DNA of 64,000 bases from Escherichia coli (GTDB lineage: Bacteria > Pseudomonadota > Gammaproteobacteria > Enterobacterales > Enterobacteriaceae). The position numbers were made by a program, and so were the translations under genes. Of this stretch, positions 26,578-44,746 are shown one piece after another; positions within the stretch are counted from its first letter, which is position 1; each line of letters begins with the position of its first letter. A model generated the notes under the pieces. It did not search any database and had not been told where the DNA came from. It saw nothing but the letters and a program-made list of their open reading frames with translations. The DNA is taken from assembly GCF_002854065.1 (NCBI RefSeq), contig NZ_CP024147.1. One strand, given 5' to 3'.

Positions 26578-26653
26578 TCCTCTGTAGTTCAGTCGGTAGA
26601 ACGGCGGACTGTTAATCCGTATGTCACTGGTTCGAGTCCAGTCAGAGGAGCCA
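26578..26653 (+). tRNA. asnT: tRNA-Asn
   Basis: 76-nt TCCTCTGTAGTTCAGTCGGTAGAACGGCGGACTGTTAATCCGTATGTCACTGGTTCGAGTCCAGTCAGAGGAGCCA; anticodon GTT. Confidence 0.95.
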
Positions 26654-26740
26654 AATTCTAAAAATTCGCTTCTTAGCGCAATGTCACTGATCTTAGTTGA
26701 ACATTGTTTTTTAACGGATAGCGGGTTTTTAACATCTTAA

Positions 26741-26773
26741 GCGCCCTCGACCTTTATGGTTGAGGGCGTTTTG
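26741..26773 (+). terminator. Terminator hairpin downstream of asnT
   Basis: CGCCCTCGACC…GGTTGAGGGCG hairpin followed by TTTTG. Confidence 0.5.
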
Positions 26774-26965
26774 CTATGAACGCCATCACCATTTTCCCCT
26801 CGATTATAAAACTTGAGTTATTCAGTAGTCTCCCCTCTTGCAACTCACACCCAAAACTGCCTAACGAAAAGTTATTAATTTTCAATCATATTGCTATCAG
26901 GATTTACATTTTTTCGCTGTGCTAGAAAGGGCGCATTTATGTTAGCTCGTTCAGGGAAGGTAAGC

Positions 26966-34969
<8,004 letters not shown>

Positions 34970-34990
34970 TTTTTCGTTATAATTTCTTAA

Positions 34991-35020
34991 AGAGTGCTCC
35001 ATTCGGGGCACTCTTTTTTA
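34991..35020 (+). terminator. Rho-independent terminator downstream of yeeJ
   Basis: AGAGTGCTCC-ATTC-GGGGCACTCT hairpin followed by TTTTTT. Confidence 0.6.
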
Positions 35021-35230
35021 CATTCCCTCTATAGAGCTTGCTCTTCTCTCACCGAAAATGAATAAATAAAAATGCGATACCGCCAGATTCGCGTTCGGTG
35101 TGACTATGATCGTATCCGGTGAGTACAGCTTTGATCCAAAGGCTGGTTTTCTGTGATGATTGACCAGCCTCAGAGTATTGATGACACCACCGTTCATAAC
35201 AGATCGGCATTACTATGCATAAGTACTGTC

Positions 35231-36283
35231 TCATATTCTCGCCAAAACACTTTTTAATGCCTTTGCGAATTCATCCAGACTTATATTGTCAATTTTTTGC
35301 CCAACGACGACTGACTCCGAAACATCGGCCATTGCGGGCCATCGCGTTTTGTAATCAGCATAAATTGCAACAACGGGGGTATTATAGGCACTTGCCATAT
35401 GTAATATTGAGGTGTCAGGAGTTATTGCGATATAAGCATCTTTTATGATTGCTGCTGAACGTTTAATCGAGGGTGATAAGGATAAACGGTAGACATTATT
35501 ATAACAATCCACTAATACCCTGGCTTTATCTTCCCCTTTTGGTCCATGAACGATCACTATTGGTATATCTGTTTCACTTTGAATTTTTTCTATTAGATTT
35601 TCTGCAATCGATAGTGAAAATGTACGATCCTGCGAGCTACCTTCTAAATTAAGCGCAATGTAAGATCCTAACGATCGCATTTCCTCGCGCACCTCATCGA
35701 GTACATCCTCACTTAGTGGCAATTCATATATTGGCCTGACTGCTGGAAAACCCGCCTCACGCATCATAAATGCCCATGTCATGGGTACGGGAGCCCGGAG
35801 ATTCTGATCCATCCGGGACGCGTTCTTACACACAGGGGAATAGCACTTCATGGTTAAACCAACAACCTGAAAATTCGTTTTTGCTTTCAACTGACTGATA
35901 AATAACATCGTTTTCAGGTTCTTTTTACGCATCGCCTCTATACAAAGATCCGGAGTACCGTATTGCTGTGTTATGTTCTTCGCTAAATCTTTTATTTCTT
36001 TTAATGTTGCGTGATCCTGCATAGTCATTGTGACTAATGTTAATTTAGTCTGTTCAAGTTTGAGCGCATTAAAGACTTCTAAATTAATTATCGACGTAAC
36101 AATTAGTAGATGCTTAATTTTATGCAATTCAAGCGCCCGAATAACAGGAAAGATGGCCATAGCATCGCCAATCTGATCGGGAATATGGATGACAACAAAG
36201 TCTGTTTTTTCAATATTGAAATTATAAGCTTTATAATCGTAGTAACTAAATGCAATACGTCTCAACAATGATACTAAAAACAT
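35231..36283 (-). CDS. yeeL: Glycosyltransferase family 9 (heptosyltransferase-like) protein YeeL, apparently intact
   Basis: 351 aa from MFLVSLLRR…; strong SD GGGAGGCGAGG 6 nt upstream of this ATG; GT9 fold features. Confidence 0.75.
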   Translation of the reverse strand: MFLVSLLRRIAFSYYDYKAYNFNIEKTDFVVIHIPDQIGDAMAIFPVIRALELHKIKHLLIVTSIINLEVFNALKLEQTKLTLVTMTMQDHATLKEIKDLAKNITQQYGTPDLCIEAMRKKNLKTMLFISQLKAKTNFQVVGLTMKCYSPVCKNASRMDQNLRAPVPMTWAFMMREAGFPAVRPIYELPLSEDVLDEVREEMRSLGSYIALNLEGSSQDRTFSLSIAENLIEKIQSETDIPIVIVHGPKGEDKARVLVDCYNNVYRLSLSPSIKRSAAIIKDAYIAITPDTSILHMASAYNTPVVAIYADYKTRWPAMADVSESVVVGQKIDNISLDEFAKALKSVLARI

Positions 36284-36597
36284 AACTAACCTCGCCTCCC
36301 TACTGGTTATAATGCAATGCAGTCTATCAGAATCATCAGGGTGCAATTTTGTGCATATGCGGACTTTTATGTTTCATATCTCGAACCTGTGGGTCCTCTG
36401 CTTAATCCTTAAACAACACCAGCAACTCCCGCGCTTTCATCTTCCAGCGAATTTTTCATGTTGCCGCTAATCAGCCATAAAATCATTTGCAGATGCGCTC
36501 TGTCGAGGTAGTCTCATAAGGTTCGTTTATAGATCGACGGCAATGTGAGTTACCTTTTCCATACTAATTATAAAAAGACAGTACAAACAGGATCATT

Positions 36598-37914
36598 ATG
36601 GACTCCACGCTCATCTCCACTCGTCCCGATGAAAGGACGGTTTCGTTAAGTCGCGCCCGACGAGCTGCGTTAGGCAGTTTCGCTGGTGCCGTCGTCGACT
36701 GGTATGATTTTTTACTCTATGGCATCACCGCCGCACTGGTGTTTAATCGCGAGTTTTTCCCGCAAGTAAGCCCGGCGATGGGAACGCTCGCCGCATTTGC
36801 TACCTTTGGCGTCGGATTCCTTTTCCGTCCGCTCGGCGGTGTCATTTTCGGTCACTTTGGCGACCGACTGGGACGTAAGCGCATGTTAATGCTGACCGTC
36901 TGGATGATGGGCATCGCGACAGCCTTGATTGGTATTCTTCCTTCATTCTCGACCATTGGGTGGTGGGCACCTATTTTGCTGGTGACGCTGCGTGCCATTC
37001 AGGGATTTGCCGTCGGCGGCGAATGGGGAGGCGCGGCGTTGCTTTCCGTTGAAAGTGCACCGAAAAATAAAAAAGCCTTTTACAGTAGCGGTGTACAAGT
37101 TGGCTACGGTGTAGGTTTACTGCTTTCAACCGGACTGGTTTCATTGATCAGTATGATGACGACTGACGAACAGTTTTTAAGCTGGGGCTGGCGTATTCCT
37201 TTCCTGTTTAGCATCGTACTGGTACTGGGAGCATTGTGGGTGCGCAATGGCATGGAGGAGTCTGCGGAATTTGAACAACAGCAACATAATCAAGCGGCCG
37301 CGAAAAAACGCATCCCGGTTATCGAAGCGCTGTTACGACATCCCGGTGCTTTCCTGAAGATTATTGCGCTACGACTGTGCGAGTTGCTGACAATGTACAT
37401 CGTTACCGCGTTTGCACTTAATTATTCAACTCAGAATATGGGGTTACCGCGCGAACTTTTCCTTAATATTGGTTTGCTGGTAGGTGGATTAAGCTGCCTG
37501 ACAATTCCCTGTTTTGCCTGGCTTGCCGATCGTTTTGGTCGCCGCAGGGTTTATATCACAGGTGCGTTAATCGGAACGTTGAGCGCATTTCCTTTCTTTA
37601 TGGCGCTTGAAGCACAATCTATTTTCTGGATAGTTTTCTTCTCCATAATGCTGGCAAACATTGCGCATGACATGGTGGTGTGTGTGCAACAACCGATGTT
37701 TACCGAAATGTTTGGTGCCAGTTATCGCTATAGTGGCGCTGGAGTCGGTTATCAGGTTGCCAGTGTGGTTGGTGGTGGATTTACACCTTTTATTGCCGCT
37801 GCACTCATCACTTACTTTGCCGGGAACTGGCATAGCGTCGCCATTTATTTGCTGGCTGGATGCCTGATTTCCGCAATAACCGCTTTGTTGATGAAAGACA
37901 ATCAACGCGCTTGA
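36598..37914 (+). CDS. shiA: Shikimate:H+ symporter ShiA (MFS)
   Basis: 438 aa 12-TM MFS transporter recognised as ShiA. Confidence 0.9.
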   Translation: MDSTLISTRPDERTVSLSRARRAALGSFAGAVVDWYDFLLYGITAALVFNREFFPQVSPAMGTLAAFATFGVGFLFRPLGGVIFGHFGDRLGRKRMLMLTVWMMGIATALIGILPSFSTIGWWAPILLVTLRAIQGFAVGGEWGGAALLSVESAPKNKKAFYSSGVQVGYGVGLLLSTGLVSLISMMTTDEQFLSWGWRIPFLFSIVLVLGALWVRNGMEESAEFEQQQHNQAAAKKRIPVIEALLRHPGAFLKIIALRLCELLTMYIVTAFALNYSTQNMGLPRELFLNIGLLVGGLSCLTIPCFAWLADRFGRRRVYITGALIGTLSAFPFFMALEAQSIFWIVFFSIMLANIAHDMVVCVQQPMFTEMFGASYRYSGAGVGYQVASVVGGGFTPFIAAALITYFAGNWHSVAIYLLAGCLISAITALLMKDNQRA

Positions 37915-38015
37915 TAGTCTGGCGAAGATCATCCGATCTTCGCCTTGCACTTTTGTTTCACATTTCTGTGACATACTATCGGATGTGCGGTAATTGTATG
38001 GAACAGGAGACACAC

Positions 38016-39470
38016 ATGAATAATAAGGGCTCCGGTCTGACCCCAGCTCAGGCACTGGATAAACTCGACGCGCTGTATGAGCAATCTGTAGTCGCATTAC
38101 GCAACGCCATTGGCAACTATATTACAAGTGGCGAATTACCTGATGAAAACGCCCGCAAACAAGGTCTTTTTGTCTATCCATCTCTGACCGTAACCTGGGA
38201 CGGTAGCACAACCAATCCCCCTAAAACGCGCGCATTTGGTCGTTTTACTCACGCAGGCAGCTACACCACCACGATTACTCGCCCTACTCTCTTTCGTTCG
38301 TATCTCAATGAACAACTTACGTTGCTGTATCAGGATTATGGTGCGCATATCTCGGTGCAACCCTCGCAGCATGAAATCCCTTATCCTTATGTCATCGATG
38401 GCTCTGAATTGACACTTGATCGCTCAATGAGCGCTGGGTTAACTCGCTACTTCCCGACAACAGAACTGGCGCAAATTGGCGATGAAACTGCAGACGGCAT
38501 TTATCATCCAACTGAATTCTCCCCGCTATCGCATTTTGATGCGCGCCGCGTCGATTTTTCCCTCGCACGGTTGCGCCATTATACCGGTACGCCAGTTGAA
38601 CATTTTCAGCCGTTCGTCTTGTTTACCAACTACACACGTTATGTGGATGAATTCGTTCGTTGGGGATGCAGCCAGATCCTCGATCCTGATAGTCCCTACA
38701 TTGCCCTTTCTTGTGCTGGCGGGAACTGGATCACCGCCGAAACCGAAGCGCCAGAAGAAGCCATTTCCGACCTTGCATGGAAAAAACACCAGATGCCAGC
38801 ATGGCATTTAATTACCGCCGATGGTCAGGGTATTACTCTGGTGAATATTGGCGTGGGACCGTCAAATGCTAAAACCATCTGCGATCATCTGGCAGTGCTA
38901 CGCCCGGATGTCTGGTTGATGATTGGTCACTGTGGCGGATTACGTGAAAGTCAGGCCATTGGCGATTATGTACTTGCACACGCTTATTTACGCGATGACC
39001 ACGTTCTTGATGCGGTTCTGCCGCCCGATATTCCTATTCCGAGCATTGCTGAAGTGCAACGTGCGCTTTATGACGCCACCAAGCTGGTGAGCGGCAGGCC
39101 CGGTGAGGAAGTTAAACAGCGGCTACGTACTGGCACTGTAGTAACCACTGATGACAGGAACTGGGAATTACGTTACTCAGCTTCTGCACTTCGTTTTAAC
39201 TTAAGCCGGGCCGTAGCAATTGATATGGAAAGTGCAACCATTGCCGCGCAAGGATATCGTTTCCGCGTGCCATACGGGACACTACTGTGTGTTTCAGATA
39301 AACCGTTGCATGGCGAGATTAAACTTCCCGGCCAGGCTAACCGTTTTTATGAAGGTGCTATTTCCGAACACCTGCAAATTGGCATTAGGGCGATCGATTT
39401 GCTGCGCGCAGAAGGCGACCGACTGCATTCACGTAAATTACGAACCTTTAATGAGCCGCCGTTCCGATAA
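38016..39470 (+). CDS. amn: AMP nucleosidase
   Basis: 484 aa from internal ATG (MNNKGSGLTPAQALDKL…); the ORF track start at 37860 overlaps shiA. Confidence 0.9.
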   Translation: MNNKGSGLTPAQALDKLDALYEQSVVALRNAIGNYITSGELPDENARKQGLFVYPSLTVTWDGSTTNPPKTRAFGRFTHAGSYTTTITRPTLFRSYLNEQLTLLYQDYGAHISVQPSQHEIPYPYVIDGSELTLDRSMSAGLTRYFPTTELAQIGDETADGIYHPTEFSPLSHFDARRVDFSLARLRHYTGTPVEHFQPFVLFTNYTRYVDEFVRWGCSQILDPDSPYIALSCAGGNWITAETEAPEEAISDLAWKKHQMPAWHLITADGQGITLVNIGVGPSNAKTICDHLAVLRPDVWLMIGHCGGLRESQAIGDYVLAHAYLRDDHVLDAVLPPDIPIPSIAEVQRALYDATKLVSGRPGEEVKQRLRTGTVVTTDDRNWELRYSASALRFNLSRAVAIDMESATIAAQGYRFRVPYGTLLCVSDKPLHGEIKLPGQANRFYEGAISEHLQIGIRAIDLLRAEGDRLHSRKLRTFNEPPFR

Positions 39471-39812
39471 TAAGTTCTGAACCTTCTTATCAAAAATAGA
39501 TGTGAAGGATTAAGTAAGACATCTGGCAAATAGCCCGCAATAAACGCGGGCTGTTTGCTTCCTTGGGCGGATACGAGTTTTATTATCGTCTTAATGATTT
39601 CCACATATTAAAAGCAAGTATGCTTTCAAAACACAATTATAAAAAATCCCACCAACAATATAAGTTTTTATAAAATTAAATATAAGATTATGACTTTAGA
39701 ATATTTTTATTTCTAATAGACGAGATTTTTCCTGTTATGATATAATATGCCGAATTAACACATGTTAACGATTTACCAGTAATGTAAATAAATTTTCGAG
39801 GAGATCATTCCA

Positions 39813-40529
39813 GTGGGACGTAAATGGGCCAATATTGTTGCTAAAAAAACGGCTAAAGACGGTGCAACGTCTAAAATTTATGCAAAATTCGGTGTAGAAA
39901 TCTATGCTGCTGCTAAACAAGGTGAACCCGATCCAGAATTAAACACATCTTTAAAATTCGTTATTGAACGTGCAAAACAGGCACAAGTTCCAAAGCACGT
40001 TATTGATAAAGCAATTGATAAAGCCAAAGGCGGCGGAGATGAAACATTCGTGCAGGGCCGTTATGAAGGCTTTGGCCCTAATGGCTCAATGATTATCGCC
40101 GAGACATTGACTTCAAATGTTAACCGTACGATTGCTAACGTTCGCACAATTTTCAATAAAAAAGGCGGCAATATCGGAGCGGCAGGTTCTGTCAGCTATA
40201 TGTTTGACAATACGGGTGTGATTGTATTTAAAGGATCAGACCCTGACCATATTTTTGAAATTTTACTTGAAGCTGAAGTTGATGTTCGTGATGTGACTGA
40301 AGAAGAAGGTAACATTGTTATTTATACTGAACCTACTGACCTTCATAAAGGAATCGCGGCTCTAAAAGCAGCTGGAATCACTGAGTTCTCAACAACAGAA
40401 TTAGAAATGATTGCTCAATCTGAAGTTGAGCTTTCCCCAGAAGATTTAGAAATCTTTGAAGGGCTTGTTGATGCCCTTGAAGATGACGACGATGTACAAA
40501 AAGTTTATCATAACGTCGCAAATCTCTAA
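39813..40529 (+). CDS. yeeN: YebC/PmpR-family transcriptional regulator YeeN
   Basis: 238 aa, GTG start ([13 protein letters not shown]…); conspicuously AT-rich codon usage. Confidence 0.85.
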   Translation: MGRKWANIVAKKTAKDGATSKIYAKFGVEIYAAAKQGEPDPELNTSLKFVIERAKQAQVPKHVIDKAIDKAKGGGDETFVQGRYEGFGPNGSMIIAETLTSNVNRTIANVRTIFNKKGGNIGAAGSVSYMFDNTGVIVFKGSDPDHIFEILLEAEVDVRDVTEEEGNIVIYTEPTDLHKGIAALKAAGITEFSTTELEMIAQSEVELSPEDLEIFEGLVDALEDDDDVQKVYHNVANL

Positions 40530-40649
40530 TTATATTTTAAAGAAATCTGTCTTTATGGCAGATTTCTTTAATCTCATATAATCCTTATAAAAAATATAAT
40601 GTTTAACTCGTCATATTGCTTATAAAAAATCCCCGGTAATGACTCCAAC

Positions 40650-41153
40650 TTATTGATAGTGTTTTATGTTCAGATAATGCCCGATGACTTTGTCATGCAG
40701 CTCCACCGATTTTGAGAACGACAGCGACTTCCGTCCCAGCCGTGCCAGGTGCTGCCTCAGATTCAGGTTATGCCGCTCAATTCGCTGCGTATATCGCTTG
40801 CTGATTACGTGCAGCTTTCCCTTCAGGCGGGATTCATACAGCGGCCAGCCATCCGTCATCCATATCACCACGTCAAAGGGTGACAGCAGGCTCATAAGAC
40901 GCCCCAGCGTCGCCATAGTGCGTTCACCGAATACGTGCGCAACAACCGTCTTCCGGAGCCTGTCATACGCGTAAAACAGCCAGCGCTGGCGCGATTTAGC
41001 CCCGACGTATCCCCACTGTTCGTCCATTTCCGCGCAGACGATGACGTCACTGCCCGGCTGTATGCGCGAGGTTACCGACTGCGGCCTGAGTTTTTTAAAT
41101 GGCGGAAAATCGTGTTGAGGCCAACGCCCATAATGCGGGCGGTTGCCCGGCAT
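40650..41153 (-). CDS. insB: IS1 InsB' (expressed as InsAB' transposase by -1 frameshift at the A6C motif)
   Basis: 167 aa ORF recognised as IS1 InsB; an AAAAAAC slippery site (reverse strand) lies in the insA/insB overlap near 41090. Confidence 0.9.
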   Translation of the reverse strand: MPGNRPHYGRWPQHDFPPFKKLRPQSVTSRIQPGSDVIVCAEMDEQWGYVGAKSRQRWLFYAYDRLRKTVVAHVFGERTMATLGRLMSLLSPFDVVIWMTDGWPLYESRLKGKLHVISKRYTQRIERHNLNLRQHLARLGRKSLSFSKSVELHDKVIGHYLNIKHYQ

Positions 41154-41347
41154 CCAACGCCATTCATGGCCATATCAATGATTTTCTGGTGCGTACCGGG
41201 TTGAGAAGCGGTGTAAGTGAACTGCAGTTGCCATGTTTTACGGCAGTGAGAGCAGAGATAGCGCTGATGTCCGGCAGTGCTTTTGCCGTTACGCACCACC
41301 CCGTCAGTAGCTGAACAGGAGGGACAGCTGATAGAAACAGAAGCCAC
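41072..41347 (-). CDS. insA: IS1 InsA
   Basis: 91 aa ORF ([30 protein letters not shown]…) recognised as IS1 InsA. Confidence 0.9.
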   Translation of the reverse strand: MASVSISCPSCSATDGVVRNGKSTAGHQRYLCSHCRKTWQLQFTYTASQPGTHQKIIDMAMNGVGCRATARIMGVGLNTIFRHLKNSGRSR

Positions 41348-41663
41348 TGGAGCACCTCAAAAACACCATCATACACTAAATCAGTAAGTTGGCAGCATCA
41401 CCAAAATCCCCGTTCTCAGAGAAATAATATTTATTAAAATGGCAGGTCTTCTTTTTCTGATTACCGAAGACAAAGTGGCAATTACGTATAGTTTCCCGAT
41501 AAAGACACGACAGCAACATCCCGCATAAGGCATTGTTCTCTTTATCTTTGTACGGTACTTCATGGAACAGAGATTTTGACCTTGCGAATCGTGATGTCTG
41601 TTGGGGGCAATTTGCTCACTGAAGCGTGAGACTCGATTAAACGCACGAAACACAGAAATCAAA

Positions 41664-41700
41664 AAACCCGGCCACTTTTTTACAAAGTGACCGGGTAAAA
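41664..41700 (-). terminator. Terminator hairpin downstream of asnW (bidirectional-looking)
   Basis: CCCGGTCACTTTG…AAAGTGGCCGGG hairpin followed by TTTTTT on the minus strand. Confidence 0.55.
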
Positions 41701-41757
41701 ATAATTTTTATTTTTTAACTGCCTTGAGACTCATAGAGATGTCTCAAAACTAAAATT

Positions 41758-41833
41758 TGGCTCCTCTGACTGGACTCGAACCAGTGACATACGGATTAAC
41801 AGTCCGCCGTTCTACCGACTGAACTACAGAGGA
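41758..41833 (-). tRNA. asnW: tRNA-Asn
   Basis: Reverse complement is identical to the 76-nt asnT sequence; TTGACA-17-TAATAT promoter on the minus strand at 41852-41880. Confidence 0.95.
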
Positions 41834-41933
41834 ATCGTGAGAACGAGGCGAATATTAGCGATGCCCACCCACAATGTCAAAGCCTGTTTTTTAAATTTGA
41901 AATCGTTTGCTGAAATAATCTGCATTTTGTCGT

Positions 41934-43421
41934 TTATTCCGACACAGCTGGCTTTTTTTCACACTTTTGCGGTTCGGGTCGAGGGTATTTCCACAGCCAA
42001 CGTCCAGTAACCATTCGCCAGTAAAACAGCACGGCCCGCACAGCCCAGTCGGCAAACATTCCCATCCAGACACCAACCACACCCCAGCCAAGCATGATGC
42101 CCAGCACATAACCGACGACAACCCGGCAACCCCACATGCTCAACATAGAAACCCACATAGCGTAACGGGCGTCACGAGCCCCCTTAAATCCAGCGGGTAG
42201 CACCCATGAAGCGGACCAAATAGGCATAAATAAAGCATTTAGCCAAACCAGAATCACAACGACATGTTTAACCTGTGGATCCTGGGTGTAAAACGATGCC
42301 ATAACCCCGGCAAAGGGAGCCGTTAGCCAGGCGATGGCCGTTAATCCAAGAGTGGAAAGCCAGAACACATGCCGCAACTGAATCTCTGCTTGCGCTATCT
42401 GCCCTACCCCCAACCTTCGGCCTGTAATGATCGTAGAAGCAGAGCCGAGCGCACTTCCGGGTAAGTTGATAAGAGCCGCAATTGAAAACGCGATAAAATT
42501 TCCGGCAATAACACTGGTCCCCATCCCGGCAACGAACATTTGGGTTAATAACCGACCACTGGTAAATAACACTGATTCGACACTCGCTGGAATACCAATC
42601 CCCATGACTTCCCAGATAATGCTAAAATTCAGCGGTTTAAAATAGCTCTTTAACGAAATCCTTAGCGCAGGATTAAAACCAATCGCCAACACCCACAAAA
42701 TTGCAACTGCGCCAATATAACGAGAAATGGTTAAACCCAACCCAGCCCCGACAAATCCCAGTCCCGGCCAGGAGAAAAGGCCGTAAATCAATATGCCGCT
42801 AATAATAATATTAAGAATATTCAGGCTACCGTTAATCAGTAGCGGTATTTTCGTATTCCCTGCACCACGAAGTGCCCCGCTACCAATTAGAGTGATGGCA
42901 GCTGCTGGATAACTGAGTACCGTCAGCTCCAGATAAGTCAACGCCAGTGCTTTAACTTCTGTCGTGGCATCACCCGCGACGAAATCAATAATTTGCTCGC
43001 CAAAATGATGAATAAGCGTTGCCAACAGTACGGCAAACAACGTCATGATCACCAATGACTGCCGCGTCGCCACCCTCGCTCGTCGTCGATCCCGCTTACC
43101 GAGACTAAATGCCACAACGACAGTAGTACCAAGATCGATAGCAGCAAAAAAAGCCATAATGACCATATTGAAGCTGTCCGCCAATCCCACGCCGGCCATC
43201 GCATCTTTTCCCAGCCAGCTGACCAGAAAAGTGCTCAGAACCCCCATCAACAGGACACAGGCATTCTCCATGAAGATAGGAACAGCAAGCGGGGTTATCT
43301 CGCGCCAGAACAACACTTTGTAGCTCTTGCGTTTAGCGTGCCAGCGAGTGCCGTGAACAACCTGGCGTAAAGCAGAGGAGATATTCAAAGCCGACCTTAA
43401 TTGCAGAAAGTGAAACCACAT
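41934..43421 (-). CDS. yeeO: MATE-family efflux transporter YeeO
   Basis: 495 aa from MWFHFLQLRS…; 12-TM MATE architecture; the ORF track extension to 43577 is probably not translated. Confidence 0.85.
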   Translation of the reverse strand: MWFHFLQLRSALNISSALRQVVHGTRWHAKRKSYKVLFWREITPLAVPIFMENACVLLMGVLSTFLVSWLGKDAMAGVGLADSFNMVIMAFFAAIDLGTTVVVAFSLGKRDRRRARVATRQSLVIMTLFAVLLATLIHHFGEQIIDFVAGDATTEVKALALTYLELTVLSYPAAAITLIGSGALRGAGNTKIPLLINGSLNILNIIISGILIYGLFSWPGLGFVGAGLGLTISRYIGAVAILWVLAIGFNPALRISLKSYFKPLNFSIIWEVMGIGIPASVESVLFTSGRLLTQMFVAGMGTSVIAGNFIAFSIAALINLPGSALGSASTIITGRRLGVGQIAQAEIQLRHVFWLSTLGLTAIAWLTAPFAGVMASFYTQDPQVKHVVVILVWLNALFMPIWSASWVLPAGFKGARDARYAMWVSMLSMWGCRVVVGYVLGIMLGWGVVGVWMGMFADWAVRAVLFYWRMVTGRWLWKYPRPEPQKCEKKPAVSE

Positions 43422-43537
43422 TTCAAATAATGAGGGAGAATCAGCAAAGCTGCAAAGATTTTCGCCAACAAATTGTCTGCAAATGCAACAAACTGTTGAT
43501 AGAAACGGCAAACAGTTGGGGAATTTAAAAATCGGGT

Positions 43538-43565
43538 TTGACAAAAGATTTTTCGCCGTTAAGAT
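43538..43565 (+). promoter_or_regulatory. asnU promoter (sigma70 -35/-10)
   Basis: TTGACA, 16-bp spacer, TAAGAT upstream of asnU. Confidence 0.55.
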
Positions 43566-43581
43566 GTGCCTCAACAACGAT

Positions 43582-43657
43582 TCCTCTGTAGTTCAGTCGG
43601 TAGAACGGCGGACTGTTAATCCGTATGTCACTGGTTCGAGTCCAGTCAGAGGAGCCA
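43582..43657 (+). tRNA. asnU: tRNA-Asn
   Basis: 76-nt sequence identical to asnT. Confidence 0.95.
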
Positions 43658-43666
43658 AATTCCTGA

Positions 43667-43695
43667 AAAGCCCGCTTTTATAGCGGGATTTTTGC
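43667..43695. terminator. Bidirectional terminator between asnU and cbl
   Basis: AAAAGCCCGCTTTTATAGCGGGATTTTTG: hairpin flanked by an A-run and a T-run. Confidence 0.6.
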
Positions 43696-44645
43696 TATAT
43701 CTGATAATCAATTTCCTCTTCACTGCTTTCCATCACCTGCCGCTTGATATCCTCAACTGACAGTCCTGCATTACAAAGTTCCAGAAAGCGCCAGACATAG
43801 TTACGCTGAAGTTGTCCTCGCTTCAGTCCCAACCAGACAGTATTAGCATCAAAAAGATGCCGCGTATCCAGGCGGATTAAATTCTCTTCCTCTTGTTCGC
43901 CACTGGATTGCTCGGCAACTAATCCGATCCCAAGCCCAAGAGCAACATAGGTTTTAATGACATCAGAATCCTGCGCACTTAATACAATATCTGCCAGCAA
44001 ACCTTTGCGGGCAAATGCGTCATCAATACGTGAGCGCCCCGTAATCCCCTGTCGGTAAGTGATTAACGGCCACTTCGCTATTGATTCCAGCGTCAATGGT
44101 GAAATTTGCGTCAAGGGATGATCGTGTGGAACAAGCAAACTATGGTGCCAACGAAACCACGGGAAGGCGACGAGCTGCGGGTCATTACTCAAACGCTCGC
44201 TGGCGATACCAATATCAGCTTCGCCATTTTGCAACAATGTCGCAATTTCCTGTGGCGTCCCCTGGATTAGCTCGAGCCGAACCTCCGGGAAAAGTTCGCG
44301 AAAAGCTTTAATGACCTCTGGCAAGCTATAACGTGCCTGAGTATGCGTCGTTGCAATAGTGAGAACGCCAGACGTATCGTTGGTAAACAGGTCTGCAAGC
44401 CGACGAACATTACTGGCTTCATTCAGAATACGTTCTGCAATGACCAGTAATGCTTTGCCCGGTTCAGTCATGCCCAGCAGTCGCTTACCTCGTCGAACAA
44501 ATATTTCGATGCCAAGTTCATCCTCCAGTTCCCGAATATGACGGCTGACGCCTGACTGTGAGGTAAAAAGCATATTCGCAACCTCTGTCAGGTTGTAATC
44601 CTGACGTGCAGCCTCGCGGATTATCTTTAGTTGTTGGAAATTCAC
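43695..44645 (-). CDS. cbl: LysR-family regulator Cbl (sulfonate/sulfur utilisation)
   Basis: 316 aa ORF (MNFQQLKIIREAARQDYNLTEVA…) recognised as Cbl. Confidence 0.9.
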   Translation of the reverse strand: MNFQQLKIIREAARQDYNLTEVANMLFTSQSGVSRHIRELEDELGIEIFVRRGKRLLGMTEPGKALLVIAERILNEASNVRRLADLFTNDTSGVLTIATTHTQARYSLPEVIKAFRELFPEVRLELIQGTPQEIATLLQNGEADIGIASERLSNDPQLVAFPWFRWHHSLLVPHDHPLTQISPLTLESIAKWPLITYRQGITGRSRIDDAFARKGLLADIVLSAQDSDVIKTYVALGLGIGLVAEQSSGEQEEENLIRLDTRHLFDANTVWLGLKRGQLQRNYVWRFLELCNAGLSVEDIKRQVMESSEEEIDYQI

Positions 44646-44746
44646 GGTAAACTCCGGGCAGTTCAGATTTCCCGTTATTGTTAAAGTCTAATGCCCGGCA
44701 TAACAAATAATAAAAACCCGCATCTTATTCCATCCCGATATAACAC

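Larger units (their letters stand above)
40635..41402 (-). mobile_element. IS1 insertion sequence, complete (768 bp), flanked by a 9-bp target-site duplication AAAATCCCC
   Basis: Ends GGTAATGACTCCAACTTATTGAT… and …ATCAGTAAGTTGGCAGCATCACC (IS1 inverted repeats); identical 9-mers at 40626-40634 and 41403-41411. Confidence 0.95.

Noticed and set aside
37567-38097. 176-aa minus-strand ORF spanning the shiA 3' end and amn 5' region
   Set aside because: Antisense to two well-supported genes; no family resemblance
41381-41662. 93-aa minus-strand ORF
   Set aside because: It crosses the IS1 right boundary (41402), so it is a chimeric frame created by the insertion, not a native gene
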